NCBI GenBank assembly: GCA_038919385.1
Contig: JBCKZH010000004.1
Location: 1,132 to 65,131, forward strand
From: Vicinamibacterales bacterium
GTDB lineage: Bacteria > Acidobacteriota > Vicinamibacteria > Vicinamibacterales > UBA2999
Length of the DNA: 64,000 nt
Direction: 5' to 3'
The notes beneath the pieces are model-generated. The model was not told the DNA's origin, made no database searches, and was given only the letters and a program-made list of their open reading frames with translations. A program made the translations under genes and the position numbers. Positions 19,434-28,257 of this stretch are shown piece after piece; position 1 is the first letter of the stretch; each line of letters begins with the position of its first letter.

Positions 19434-20084
19434 ATGAGATCGTCTTCGTGGTTCGGGCAGGCACCGATCGTCGTGGTCCTTCTGGCCGGCGGCGCCATCC
19501 TGTGGCGCACGTCGGAATCGGAGCATCGCCTCGCCGCCGCTGAACGTGACCTGGTGACGCTGCGCTACGCGGAAGCCGGCGCCCAGGCCCAGGGACCGGG
19601 ACGCATTGCCCGCCTGCTGCCCGGCAACGACCGCCTGACGGCCGACGCCCAGGCGCTCAACGCCACGGCGGCCTACTGGCAGGGCGACTACAACACCGTG
19701 GCGGCCAATACCGACGCCAAGCTGCTGGCCGCGAATGCGGCCTATCGCACGCTGCGCAAAGAGGGCGGCACCTGGCAGTCGGTGGTGGGCAAGCTGGACT
19801 CGGTGGTGAAAAGCTACGCGGAGATCCTGCGCGAGCAGCCCGCCAACGCCGAGGCGGGATTCAACTACGAGTACACGGTCCGCCTGCGCGCGGTGCTGGC
19901 GGCTCGCAAGCAACCGGTGGCGCCGTTCGATGCCTCGGCCACGCTGACGCTGCACGGCTTCGAGGGCGCGCCGCCAGAAGGATCGGACATGAAGAAGTTC
20001 AAGATGATTGTGCCGATGCGCCCGGACGAACGGCTGGAAGCTGAAAAGGCCGGCAAGGGAACGACCAAAGTGAGGAAGGGATAG
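19434..20084 (+). CDS. MxaK/BatC-like protein
   Basis: N-terminal TM; ANAAYR; Y.EILR..P.NAEAGFNYE TPR-like motif. Confidence 0.6.
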   Translation: MRSSSWFGQAPIVVVLLAGGAILWRTSESEHRLAAAERDLVTLRYAEAGAQAQGPGRIARLLPGNDRLTADAQALNATAAYWQGDYNTVAANTDAKLLAANAAYRTLRKEGGTWQSVVGKLDSVVKSYAEILREQPANAEAGFNYEYTVRLRAVLAARKQPVAPFDASATLTLHGFEGAPPEGSDMKKFKMIVPMRPDERLEAEKAGKGTTKVRKG

Positions 20085-20089
20085 GCACG

Positions 20090-21178
20090 TTGAAGTTTGG
20101 CGCTCCCGGATTCCTGCCGCTGCTGGCTGTCCCGGCTATCCTGCTGCTGCTGTGGGTGTGGCAGGTGTGGCGCCGGCGCACGGACGTGCGCGCGTTCATG
20201 AACCAGCGGCAGGTGCCGGTCCACGAGCACGTGCCCTTTTTTGGCGAGTTGCTGTTCTGGTTCTGCCTCGTGCTGGCGGCGGCGGCAGGAATCACGGCCA
20301 TCGCCAGGCCACAGGCCGTCACCTCGCTGGTGCGCACCGCCGGCATTGACCTCGTCATCCTCCAGGATGGCTCGGCCTCCATGCACGTGCAGGATGTGCG
20401 TGGCAACCGGTGGCAGCGCTCCATGCGCTTTCTCCGCACGCTCGGCGAATCACTGCGGTGGGACAACGACCGCATTGCGATGGCGCTGTTCGCCCACATG
20501 GCCACGCCGCAGATTCGCCTCACCAAGGATCCCAATACCTACTTCTTCTTCCTCGATCACCTCGAAGACAAGTCGCCGTTCCGCCTGGAAGACGACGGCA
20601 CGTGGGACACCAATATCGAGCGGGGCATCTACTGGGGGCTGCGGCTGATCGAGAAGGACGAGGAGATTCGCCGCGCCTCGGGCCTCGACGAGAAGCTTGG
20701 CGCGAACAGCAACGCCAAGGCGTTCCTGCTGATCTCCGACGGACAGTCGTGGAGCGGCGAGGTCGCCAAGTCACTCGCTCTCGCCCAGGAGCGCGGCGTG
20801 CCGCTGAACGTCGTCGGCATCGGGACGACGGCGGGTGGCCTCATTCCAGACCCGAAGCGACTGCCGGGTCAGCCCTTGCTTCGCTCTGTGCTCAACCGGG
20901 CGGAGCTGACGCGTATTGCCACCGCTGGCGGCGGCCGCTACTTCGAGATCGATCGCGACAGCGATCGCGACATCGCCAATCAGGTGATCGAACAGACGCG
21001 CCGCCGGGCCGGCACGACGGGCGTCCAGGAAGGCGTGCAGGAGCTGTACTGGAACTTCCTGCTGGCGGCAGGCGTGCTGATCGTTTTGGGCGTGTTGTTC
21101 CTGCGCGACCGCGTGGCGCTGGCACTGCAGTTGTCGGCGGCGGCCGCCGTGTTGGTGTTTGTGCAGTCGGTGTTTTGA
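20090..21178 (+). CDS. VWA domain membrane protein (MxaL/BatB-like)
   Basis: BatA-like N-terminus, ARP, MIDAS DGSAS, TN, ISDG, VGIGTTAGG. Confidence 0.88.
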   Translation: MKFGAPGFLPLLAVPAILLLLWVWQVWRRRTDVRAFMNQRQVPVHEHVPFFGELLFWFCLVLAAAAGITAIARPQAVTSLVRTAGIDLVILQDGSASMHVQDVRGNRWQRSMRFLRTLGESLRWDNDRIAMALFAHMATPQIRLTKDPNTYFFFLDHLEDKSPFRLEDDGTWDTNIERGIYWGLRLIEKDEEIRRASGLDEKLGANSNAKAFLLISDGQSWSGEVAKSLALAQERGVPLNVVGIGTTAGGLIPDPKRLPGQPLLRSVLNRAELTRIATAGGGRYFEIDRDSDRDIANQVIEQTRRRAGTTGVQEGVQELYWNFLLAAGVLIVLGVLFLRDRVALALQLSAAAAVLVFVQSVF

Positions 21179-21181
21179 AGG

Positions 21182-21245
21182 GCTTGAGGCTTGAGGCTTG
21201 GGACTGAGAGTCTCGTCGCAAGTCGCAAGCCGCAAGCCGCAAGCC
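21182..21245. repeat. Two heptamer arrays, (GGCTTGA)n and (CGCAAGC)n
   Basis: Partly complementary arrays filling the gap between convergent genes. Confidence 0.8.
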
Positions 21246-21246
21246 G

Positions 21247-21645
21247 TCAAAGATGCGGGAACTTCGGGTTCCACGCCACCTCCCACAGAAATCCATCCGG
21301 ATCCGAGAAGTAGCCGGCGTAGCCGCCCCAGTCAGTGTGATGGCCGGGCTTCACCAGCGTGCCGCCACCAGCTGCGGCATGCGCCAGCAGCGCGTCGACT
21401 TGCTCGATCGAGCGCACGTTATGCGCGAGGGCGAAGCCCGGGAAGCCTGAACCGGCCGCCGGCACTCCAGCGTCGGCCGCCAGGTCCGCGCGCGGATAGA
21501 GCGACAGCCACGTCTTCCCCATCTCGAAAAACGCCACTGTCGGCGGAGTTGGCTTCTGCGGCAGGCCCAGGACATCGCGATAGAACCGCGTGGCGCGGTC
21601 GAGGTCGGCGACGCCGAGGGTGATGAAGGAGACGCGTGGTTCCAT
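21247..21645 (-). CDS. VOC/glyoxalase family protein
   Basis: MEPRVSFITLGVADL...WGGYAGYFSDPDGFLWEVAWNP. Confidence 0.93.
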   Translation of the reverse strand: MEPRVSFITLGVADLDRATRFYRDVLGLPQKPTPPTVAFFEMGKTWLSLYPRADLAADAGVPAAGSGFPGFALAHNVRSIEQVDALLAHAAAGGGTLVKPGHHTDWGGYAGYFSDPDGFLWEVAWNPKFPHL

Positions 21646-21723
21646 GCTTCCAAGCCTAACCGCAGTCGAAGCCGGATGCGGAGCGTCACCGACGGAGCCT
21701 GAGCCAGGAAGCGCTGGCGTGCC

Positions 21724-21854
21724 TTGAGCAGGTGGTGGCCGCCGAGCCCGTCGACGCGGACGCGCTGTTGACGAAGGCGCCGGCGCTGCGCGCCCACGTG
21801 AAGCCTGTCCGGCTGCGCGATCTCGACAACTGGGTGCAACAGGGACGGCCGTGA
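21724..21854 (+). pseudogene. Antitoxin (VapB-like) 3' remnant
   Basis: Ends ...LDNWVQQGRP* overlapping the PIN-gene start (GTGA). Confidence 0.55.
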
Positions 21855-22248
21855 TCGTCGTCGATACCAACGCGTCGCCTACCTGTGGTTGCCTGGCGAT
21901 CTGACGCCGGCGTCCGAGCGCCTCCTGTCAACCGACGCCGAATGGGCGGCGCCGCTGCTCTGGCGTTCCGAGTTCCGCAGCGTCCTGGCTGGCGCCGTGA
22001 AACGAAAGTCCTTCAAGATTGAGCGCGCCATCGCAGTGGCACAAGCGGCCGAAGATCAGTTCAAGGGACGCGAGTTTGCCGTCGAATCCGCCGAGGTCCT
22101 GTCCCTCGCCGCGGAGTCTGGCTGCTCCGCCTACGATTGCGAATTCGTGGCGTTAGCCAGGAATCTTGGCGTCTCGTTGGTCACTAGCGATCGGGAGGTG
22201 CTCAAGGCGTTTCCCGCCATCGCCGTTCCGCTGGAACGTTACTCCTGA
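21851..22248 (+). pseudogene. vapC: VapC/PIN toxin with a frameshift
   Basis: MIVVDTN, then a 1-nt shift into VAYLWLPG..WRSEFRSVL..SAYDCEFVALA..LVTSD. Confidence 0.8.
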
Positions 22249-22279
22249 CGCTCGCGCGCTGCCGCGATGCGAACCGGCG

Positions 22280-22398
22280 TGGGGTACAACTACGCGGTGG
22301 CACCCGACGGGCGTTTCCTGATCAACACCGTGAAGCCTGGCACCGAACCGGCGGCGCTGCGCGTGATCCTTAACTGGAAGACGCCGCTCGATCAGTAG
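22280..22398 (+). pseudogene. C-terminal remnant of a Ser/Thr kinase-TolB-like protein
   Basis: YAVAPDGRFLINT...LRVILNW, the typical tail of such proteins. Confidence 0.6.
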
Positions 22399-22474
22399 CC
22401 ACTGCCTCCATGAGCTGCTGGCCACGGGTGCTCCACGGTAGGCGGCGCCTGCAAGGCCGTGTCACAATCTCCCC

Positions 22475-23005
22475 GTGAACTTCGCGGGAGTGCTGGACCG
22501 CGTCGGCGGCATGCTGGAATCGAACGGCTGGCGGTATGCCGTCGCCGGGGGCATCGCCATGGCGGCCTACGGCCATCCGCGTCTCACGCTCGACCTCGAC
22601 CTCGTGGCCGAACGAGATGCCCAGGCGTCCCTGATGACGTTTCTCGAGGATGCCGGTTACCAGACGCTCCACCGTTCTCCCGGCTTCTCGAACCATCGTC
22701 ATGCGGATCGCGAATGGGGCCGGCTCGATTTCATCTACGTGGACGCCGCGACTGCCGACCGGCTGTTCGCGAATCTTCAAGAACGGCCCGGGCCTGGCGG
22801 GAGAACAATCATGGTGCCGCGACCGGAGCACCTCATTGCGATGAAGGTGCAGGCGATGAAGAACGCTCCCGAGCGAACATGGCAGGATATGGCTGACATC
22901 GCCTTCCTGCTGTCGCTTGACGGCGTGGATCGCGCGGAAGCGAAGGGCTATTTCGAGAAGGCCGAATTGCTGGAGCGATGGCATGACCTCGAAGCTTCGC
23001 GCTGA
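22475..23005 (+). CDS. Nucleotidyltransferase (AbiEii/DUF6036-like)
   Basis: YAVAGG.A..AYGHPRLTLDLDL; EHLIAMK...QDMADI. Confidence 0.85.
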   Translation: MNFAGVLDRVGGMLESNGWRYAVAGGIAMAAYGHPRLTLDLDLVAERDAQASLMTFLEDAGYQTLHRSPGFSNHRHADREWGRLDFIYVDAATADRLFANLQERPGPGGRTIMVPRPEHLIAMKVQAMKNAPERTWQDMADIAFLLSLDGVDRAEAKGYFEKAELLERWHDLEASR

Positions 23006-23195
23006 CCAACACCTGGATCTCGATCGCGGTCTTCCAGTGACGCAGGAGGACATCGCAGTGCAGCGGCGCCTGCGCCTGGAATCGCCGTCGTGGCTTGAGC
23101 TGGACTGGCGCGAGCTCGACGCGATGCTCCCGCCCGATGCCCTGGACCGCCGGCCCGTGGCGCGCGACTCGTGGGCGCCGTTCTCACTGGACTGA
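22983..23195 (+). CDS. Small hypothetical protein coupled to the NTase
   Basis: 70-aa ORF overlapping the NTase 3' end. Confidence 0.6.
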   Translation: MTSKLRADQHLDLDRGLPVTQEDIAVQRRLRLESPSWLELDWRELDAMLPPDALDRRPVARDSWAPFSLD

Positions 23196-23199
23196 CGAC

Positions 23200-24097
23200 C
23201 GGACATTTCCCACCCCCACATCGCGCAGGTCCACGGCTTCGAGATGATCTCCACCGACGCCGGCAGTACCGGCCGCGCGTTGGTGATGGAGTTGGTGGAA
23301 GGCGGCGACCTCTCGCAGATCCTCGCGCGCGGACCGCTGCCGCTCGACGAAGCACTCCCCATCGCGCGGCAGATTGCCGAGGCGCTCGAGGCCGCGCACG
23401 CACAGGGCGTCGTGCATCGCGACCTGAAGCCCGCCAACATCAAGGTGCGGCCCGACGGGTCGGTGAAGGTGCTCGACTTTGGGCTGGCCAAGGCGGTGGA
23501 TGGGGCGGGTGGGACAGGTGGGGCCGCGGTCGCCAAGAGCGAGCCGGACTGGCAACGGCTGCCGCCGAACACTCCGGTGATCGTGCAGCGGCTGTTGCGC
23601 CGGACGCTGCAGAAGGATCGCACCAAGCGGCTGCAGCACATCGGCGACGCGCGGCTCGATCTGGACGAGGCGCTAAGCGCACCCGAGCCGGTCGCGGCAC
23701 CAGCCGGGACCGTACGGGCGGCTACGAATTGGTGGCGGATGGGGCTGATCCACGCCGCGGTCGCGGCGGCCGGTGCAGCGGTGGCGGTTGCGGCGCTGGG
23801 CCTGATTCGCGGCATGCCCCCAACCGCAGATCGTGCCGTGCAGTTCGACTTGCCCACCGGCACCCTGGCTCGCGTGTCTTGGTCCCTTTCTCCGGACGGC
23901 CGATATCTCACCTACCAGCAACCAGGAGCATCCGGTCGAATGGACTTGTGGCTGCGCGATCTGGCCAAACCGGTAGCTGAACGCCTGGGTGCCAGCGAGT
24001 CGAGGTCCAATCTGGTGTGGTCGCCTGACAGCCTGCTGCTCCTCGTCTCAGAGCGGGCGGGGCTGCGCCGCTTCGACCTTCGCACGCGGACGAGCTC
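23200..24097 (+). pseudogene. Hanks-type Ser/Thr kinase with TolB-like repeats, collapsed
   Basis: [23 protein letters not shown] and DFGLAK present; N-lobe and subdomains VIII-X missing; SPDG repeats truncated. Confidence 0.85.
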
Positions 24098-24098
24098 A

Positions 24099-24252
24099 CA
24101 CATGTTCCGGGACACGTTCGCGTGGAACTGCTCAAGCGCGGCGTACCGATCGAAACCGTATCGATGCTGCTCGGCCACGCGTCGATCAAGGTCACGGAGA
24201 AGCACTACAAGCCGTGGGTAAAGACGCCGCAGGACAAGCTTGAGGCCGATAC
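24099..24252 (+). pseudogene. Tyrosine recombinase C-terminal remnant
   Basis: [35 protein letters not shown] with a 1-nt frameshift. Confidence 0.8.
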
Positions 24253-24478
24253 TTATGAAGGGATGGCCAAAAGCACCTGGGCAACGGCCTGCCGAGCGGC
24301 GCTCGCGCAAACCTTGACCTGGCGACGTCCTGAGCGTCGAAGGCTGACTGATTCCCTAAGGGTCGCCCGTCGGAATAAAAGCGAGAACGACTACTTGTTG
24401 TACAGCCACGCTTCAGCCTTTGTCATGGCGTCAGCGGCTGTGTACGCTTTGCCGAGGTACGACCATCCTGACGGAGGC

Positions 24479-25117
24479 GAATGGTTGGACTCATTTTTCG
24501 CGCGCGACAGCCAGCGTCTCTTCGGTTTCCGTGACATCAATCGCTTCAACGCGCTGTTTGAATACCTGCTGCGCCAGAGTGGCGGGCAGTTCGAGGTCAC
24601 GAAAACCGCCACCGCGCTCGGCATTACACGGCCCACGGTAGAGAGTCACCTCCGCGCGCTGGAGATCACCCACGCGGTCGCGCTCCTGCGGCCCTTCCAC
24701 GGCAGCGGACGGCAGGAACTGGTGAAGCAGCCCAAGGTCTATGCCTTCGACACGGGGTTCGTGAGCTTCGCGCGAGGATGGGATCCGCTGCGAACGGAGG
24801 ACTTGGGTCTGCTATGGGAACACTTGGTCCTGGAGCATTTGCAAGGATATTTTCCTGACACACCGGTACGGTACTGGCGAGACAAGCAGGGCCACGAAGT
24901 GGATTTCGTCCTGGCCTCTCGTCGCGACGAGGTCGATGCCATCGAATGTAAGTGGAACGCCGACGCGTTCGACAGTGCGGGACTTGCGCTGTTTCGCAGC
25001 TACTACCCGAAGGGTCGCAACTATCTGGTGACGCCCTCCGGTGCGCCAGGTTACCCGAAGGGCTTTGGCGCGCTGGAGGTGCAGGTGTGTACGCCGACGG
25101 ACCTCCGCCTCCAGTAG
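24479..25117 (+). pseudogene. DUF4143 half of an AAA_14/DUF4143 ATPase-nuclease (ATPase half missing)
   Basis: WLDSFFARD, PKVYAFDTG, LWEHLV, YWRDKQGHEVDF and IECK motifs. Confidence 0.8.
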
Positions 25118-25129
25118 AATGTAGTACCC

Positions 25130-25348
25130 ATGACAGAGCTGGCCGGCGACGCGTCCCGCGAGGAATGGATCGAAGAGTTCGAGGCGGCCGCCAGGCGGAC
25201 GCTCGAGACACGGTTCCGCTACGCCTTCATCCACACCTATAAGCCTGTGCTCGACGACGCGAGCTATCGCGCGTTCGATTCGTTGAAGGCGTATCGCGAG
25301 TGGTGCGAATCGAATCTGCCGGCGTGGCTCGGCTATGGCCGCGTTTGA
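25130..25348 (+). CDS. Small hypothetical protein, putative antitoxin
   Basis: 72-aa ORF overlapping the NTase start. Confidence 0.65.
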   Translation: MTELAGDASREEWIEEFEAAARRTLETRFRYAFIHTYKPVLDDASYRAFDSLKAYREWCESNLPAWLGYGRV

Positions 25349-25823
25349 GTATCGGCAAGCACAGGAAATCCGCGACACGCTGCAGCGCTACAGCGTGCGC
25401 TACCTCTTTATTGGCAAATCGGGGGCGATTCTGCTCGGATTCCCTGACACCACGCAGGATGCGGACCTGTTTGTGGACCGGACGCCGGCCAACGGACGTG
25501 CCTTGGCCACTGCGCTCACCGACCTGGGCTTCTCTCTCACAAGTGAACAGGCGCAGGACATCGAACGGGGACGCGACTTTGTCCAACTGAAGAACGGTCC
25601 GTTCGATCTCGATTTGGTCTTCGCACCCGACGGCATCGAACGGTTCGAGGACGCCTGGGAGCGGCGGGTGGACGTCGAGGGCTTTCCGGTTTGCCACCCC
25701 GATGACATCATTGCCAGCAAGGTCGCGGCGAATCGGGTCAAGGACCGCGAGAGCCTGCCGCGGCTGCGTGCGTTCCGTGACTACTGGATGGCGCGCCAGG
25801 CCTCGCTTGACCGCGACCGCTAA
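25335..25823 (+). CDS. Nucleotidyltransferase (DUF6036/AbiEii-like)
   Basis: YLFIGKSGAILLG.PDTTQDADL; IIASKVAANRVKD. Confidence 0.85.
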   Translation: MAAFEYRQAQEIRDTLQRYSVRYLFIGKSGAILLGFPDTTQDADLFVDRTPANGRALATALTDLGFSLTSEQAQDIERGRDFVQLKNGPFDLDLVFAPDGIERFEDAWERRVDVEGFPVCHPDDIIASKVAANRVKDRESLPRLRAFRDYWMARQASLDRDR

Positions 25824-25919
25824 ACGTTGAACTTGAACAGCAGCACATCGCCGTCCTTGACGGTGTAACAAGGTGGACTTGCCCACGTTGGGCAGACCGA
25901 CGATTCCGGCTCTTAACAT
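25820..25919 (-). pseudogene. ychF: ychF reduced to 100 bp (first 17 and last 16 codons)
   Basis: MLRAGIVGLPNVGKSTL, 1 nt, then YTVKDGDVLLFKFNV*. Confidence 0.9.
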
Positions 25920-26028
25920 GATGGCGAAGGGCTCCGTGGCTTTCCCGAGGGGGATGACAGCCCTTCAGGATACCTCACGAGGCGCGGATCTCGTGATTTG
26001 GCCCGAGAGCAGGGTTATAGTTGGCTGT

Positions 26029-26646
26029 ATGAGACGGGCAATTCGAGTGATGGCGGTGGTCGCGGCGATGGCCATGACCCTGGCGTGTTCCGGCGAACCC
26101 GAAGACTATCCGTCGCAGATCGCCGCGCAGCGGGCAGCCAAGGACGAAGCGTTCAAGGCGCAACCCGGCAACCCGGTGCCGGCGGACAAGATGGCGTCGC
26201 TCGTGCCGCTCACCTACTTCCCCATCGACGAGCTGTATGCGGTCCCTGCGGCGCTGGAACCAGCGGCGGAGCGGACACGCCTGCAAGTGCCAACCTCCAC
26301 GGGCAAGATTCGCGACATCGAGCGGATCGGCACGCTGAAGTTCACGGTCAAGGGCCAGACCATGCGGCTGACCGCCTTCCACGAGTTGGATCAGCCGCAA
26401 ATCACGCGCCTCTTCGTGCCGTTCTCGGATCTCACCAACGGGACTGAGACCTACTCGGCTGGCCGCTACATGGAGCTCGACCCGACACCGACCGGCATCT
26501 ACGTGGTGGACTTCAACGTCGCCTACCACCCGTTCTGCTACTACAACTCGGAGTTCGACTGCCCGTATCCGCCGAAAGAGAATCGTCTCGAGATGCCGAT
26601 TCGCGCGGGCGAGCGGCTTCGCAAGGGCGAGTCAAGCATTCCATGA
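26029..26646 (+). CDS. DUF1684 lipoprotein
   Basis: LAC lipobox; PFSDLTNG.ETYSAGRY; DFN.AY.PFC.Y...CP.PP.EN; IRAGE. Confidence 0.9.
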   Translation: MRRAIRVMAVVAAMAMTLACSGEPEDYPSQIAAQRAAKDEAFKAQPGNPVPADKMASLVPLTYFPIDELYAVPAALEPAAERTRLQVPTSTGKIRDIERIGTLKFTVKGQTMRLTAFHELDQPQITRLFVPFSDLTNGTETYSAGRYMELDPTPTGIYVVDFNVAYHPFCYYNSEFDCPYPPKENRLEMPIRAGERLRKGESSIP

Positions 26647-27377
26647 CCAGTGAACCTGACGGGATCCGGGATCCGGGGTCCGGGATCCGAAACGGGCTGC
26701 AGGCAATTGTCTTTGACTTCGACGGCGTGATCGCCGACAGCGAGCGCCTGCACCTCAAGTCGTATCAGGACATTCTCGCGCCCGAGGGCATCACCATTTC
26801 GAACGAGGACTACTACGCCAAGTACCTGGGCTACGACGATGTGGGTGTGTTCAAGGCGCTGGGGAAGGATCGGGGTGTGCCGATGGATGACGACCGCGTG
26901 CGGACACTGATCGAGCGCAAGGGCGAGCGCTACGAATCCCTTGCTGCCGCCGGCGAGATGTTGTTTCCAGGCGCTGCCGACTTCATCCGCTCCGCCGCCG
27001 CCGTCGTCCCCATCGCCGTGGCGTCGGGAGCGCTGACGCACGAGATCGATCATGTGCTCGAACGCGCCGGCTTGCGGTCGCTGTTCTCAGTGGTGGTGGG
27101 TGCCGATCAGACCGAGCGCAGCAAGCCGGACCCGGAGCCGTACCGCACCGCGTTTGCGCAGCTTCGCCAACGATCGGGTCTGGATCTTGTCCCGTGGCGA
27201 TCGGTGGCCATTGAGGATTCGAAGTGGGGCTTGGTGTCCGCCCGAGGCGCCGACCTGCGCTGTGTCGCCGTCACCAACACCTATTCAGCAGCCCAGTTGC
27301 GTGGCAACGCCGAGCTTGTGGTGCCCGGCCTGCACGCGCTCACCATTGCCGACCTGGATGCCCTCTGTGCGGATTGA
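26643..27377 (+). CDS. HAD-family phosphatase
   Basis: FDFDGVIADSE, KPDPEPY and IEDS motifs; N-terminus contains a (GGGATCC)n repeat. Confidence 0.9.
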   Translation: MTSEPDGIRDPGSGIRNGLQAIVFDFDGVIADSERLHLKSYQDILAPEGITISNEDYYAKYLGYDDVGVFKALGKDRGVPMDDDRVRTLIERKGERYESLAAAGEMLFPGAADFIRSAAAVVPIAVASGALTHEIDHVLERAGLRSLFSVVVGADQTERSKPDPEPYRTAFAQLRQRSGLDLVPWRSVAIEDSKWGLVSARGADLRCVAVTNTYSAAQLRGNAELVVPGLHALTIADLDALCAD

Positions 27378-28257
27378 GCCCCACGCATCTCTCGCCGATC
27401 TGATCGCCGAGGCGGCCGATCGCCCGGGTCACGACCTGGCGGCGCCGGCCTTTCTTGTCGCCCGCATCGAGTACCCAAAACTAGACGCTGCCCCGTACCT
27501 GGACCGGCTGGATCTGATGGGCGACGCGGCGTTTCACTTCGTCGCCAAGGACCCCGGGCATGACGCACCGATCGCGGCCCGCATCGATGCCGTCAACCGC
27601 TACCTGTTCGGCGAGCTGGGGTTCTCCGGCAACCGCGAGCACTACGACGACCCGCGCAACAGCTGCCTGAATGAAGTGATGGATCGGAAAAAAGGTATTC
27701 CGATCACGATGGCGCTGATCTACATCGAGGTGGCGCGGCGCGCCGGCCTCCGCGCCGACGGCGTGAACTTCCCTGGCCATTTTCTGGTGCGCGTGCTGCA
27801 GGACCCGCACAGCGGTGATGTCCGGGAAGGGCCGATCGTCGATCCGTTCCACGGCGGCGCGATCCTGAACGAGACCGATTGCCGGCATCTGCTCAGCCGC
27901 GTCGGCGAGGGCTCGGCGTTCGAACCAGCACTGCTGGCACGCGCGACCCGCCGTCAGGTTTTGGTGCGGATGCTGCACAACCTGAAGCGGCTGTATGTGA
28001 AGATGCACTCGTTCCCGCAGGCGCGGGCCACCACCGACGTGTTGCTCGCCCTGCAGCCTTCGTCTTTGGCCGACCTCAAAGACCGCGGCCTGTTCGCCTA
28101 CCACATGAACGACTTCTCGCACGCCTTACGAGACTTCGAGGAGTACCTCAAGCTGGCGCGCCTGAGCGAGCAGGACGAAGACGACGACCGCAAGGAAACC
28201 GAGCAGGTGTGGGAGCACGTGAAGACGCTCCGCCGCCGCGTGGCGCAGCTCAATTAG
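27367..28257 (+). CDS. SirB1/transglutaminase-like TPR protein
   Basis: GFSGN..YDDPRNS.LN.V..KGIPITMA..NFPGHFLV; RMLHNLK; DRG. Confidence 0.88.
   Translation: MRIEPHASLADLIAEAADRPGHDLAAPAFLVARIEYPKLDAAPYLDRLDLMGDAAFHFVAKDPGHDAPIAARIDAVNRYLFGELGFSGNREHYDDPRNSCLNEVMDRKKGIPITMALIYIEVARRAGLRADGVNFPGHFLVRVLQDPHSGDVREGPIVDPFHGGAILNETDCRHLLSRVGEGSAFEPALLARATRRQVLVRMLHNLKRLYVKMHSFPQARATTDVLLALQPSSLADLKDRGLFAYHMNDFSHALRDFEEYLKLARLSEQDEDDDRKETEQVWEHVKTLRRRVAQLN

Noticed and set aside
21851-21890. Programmed frameshifting in vapC, CHAT or the cassette ORF
   Set aside because: No slippery heptamers seen; context of decay, and sequencing error cannot be excluded
25227-25919. 230-aa ORF as a functional YchF
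   Set aside because: Only the first 17 residues are YchF; the rest is antisense to the NTase
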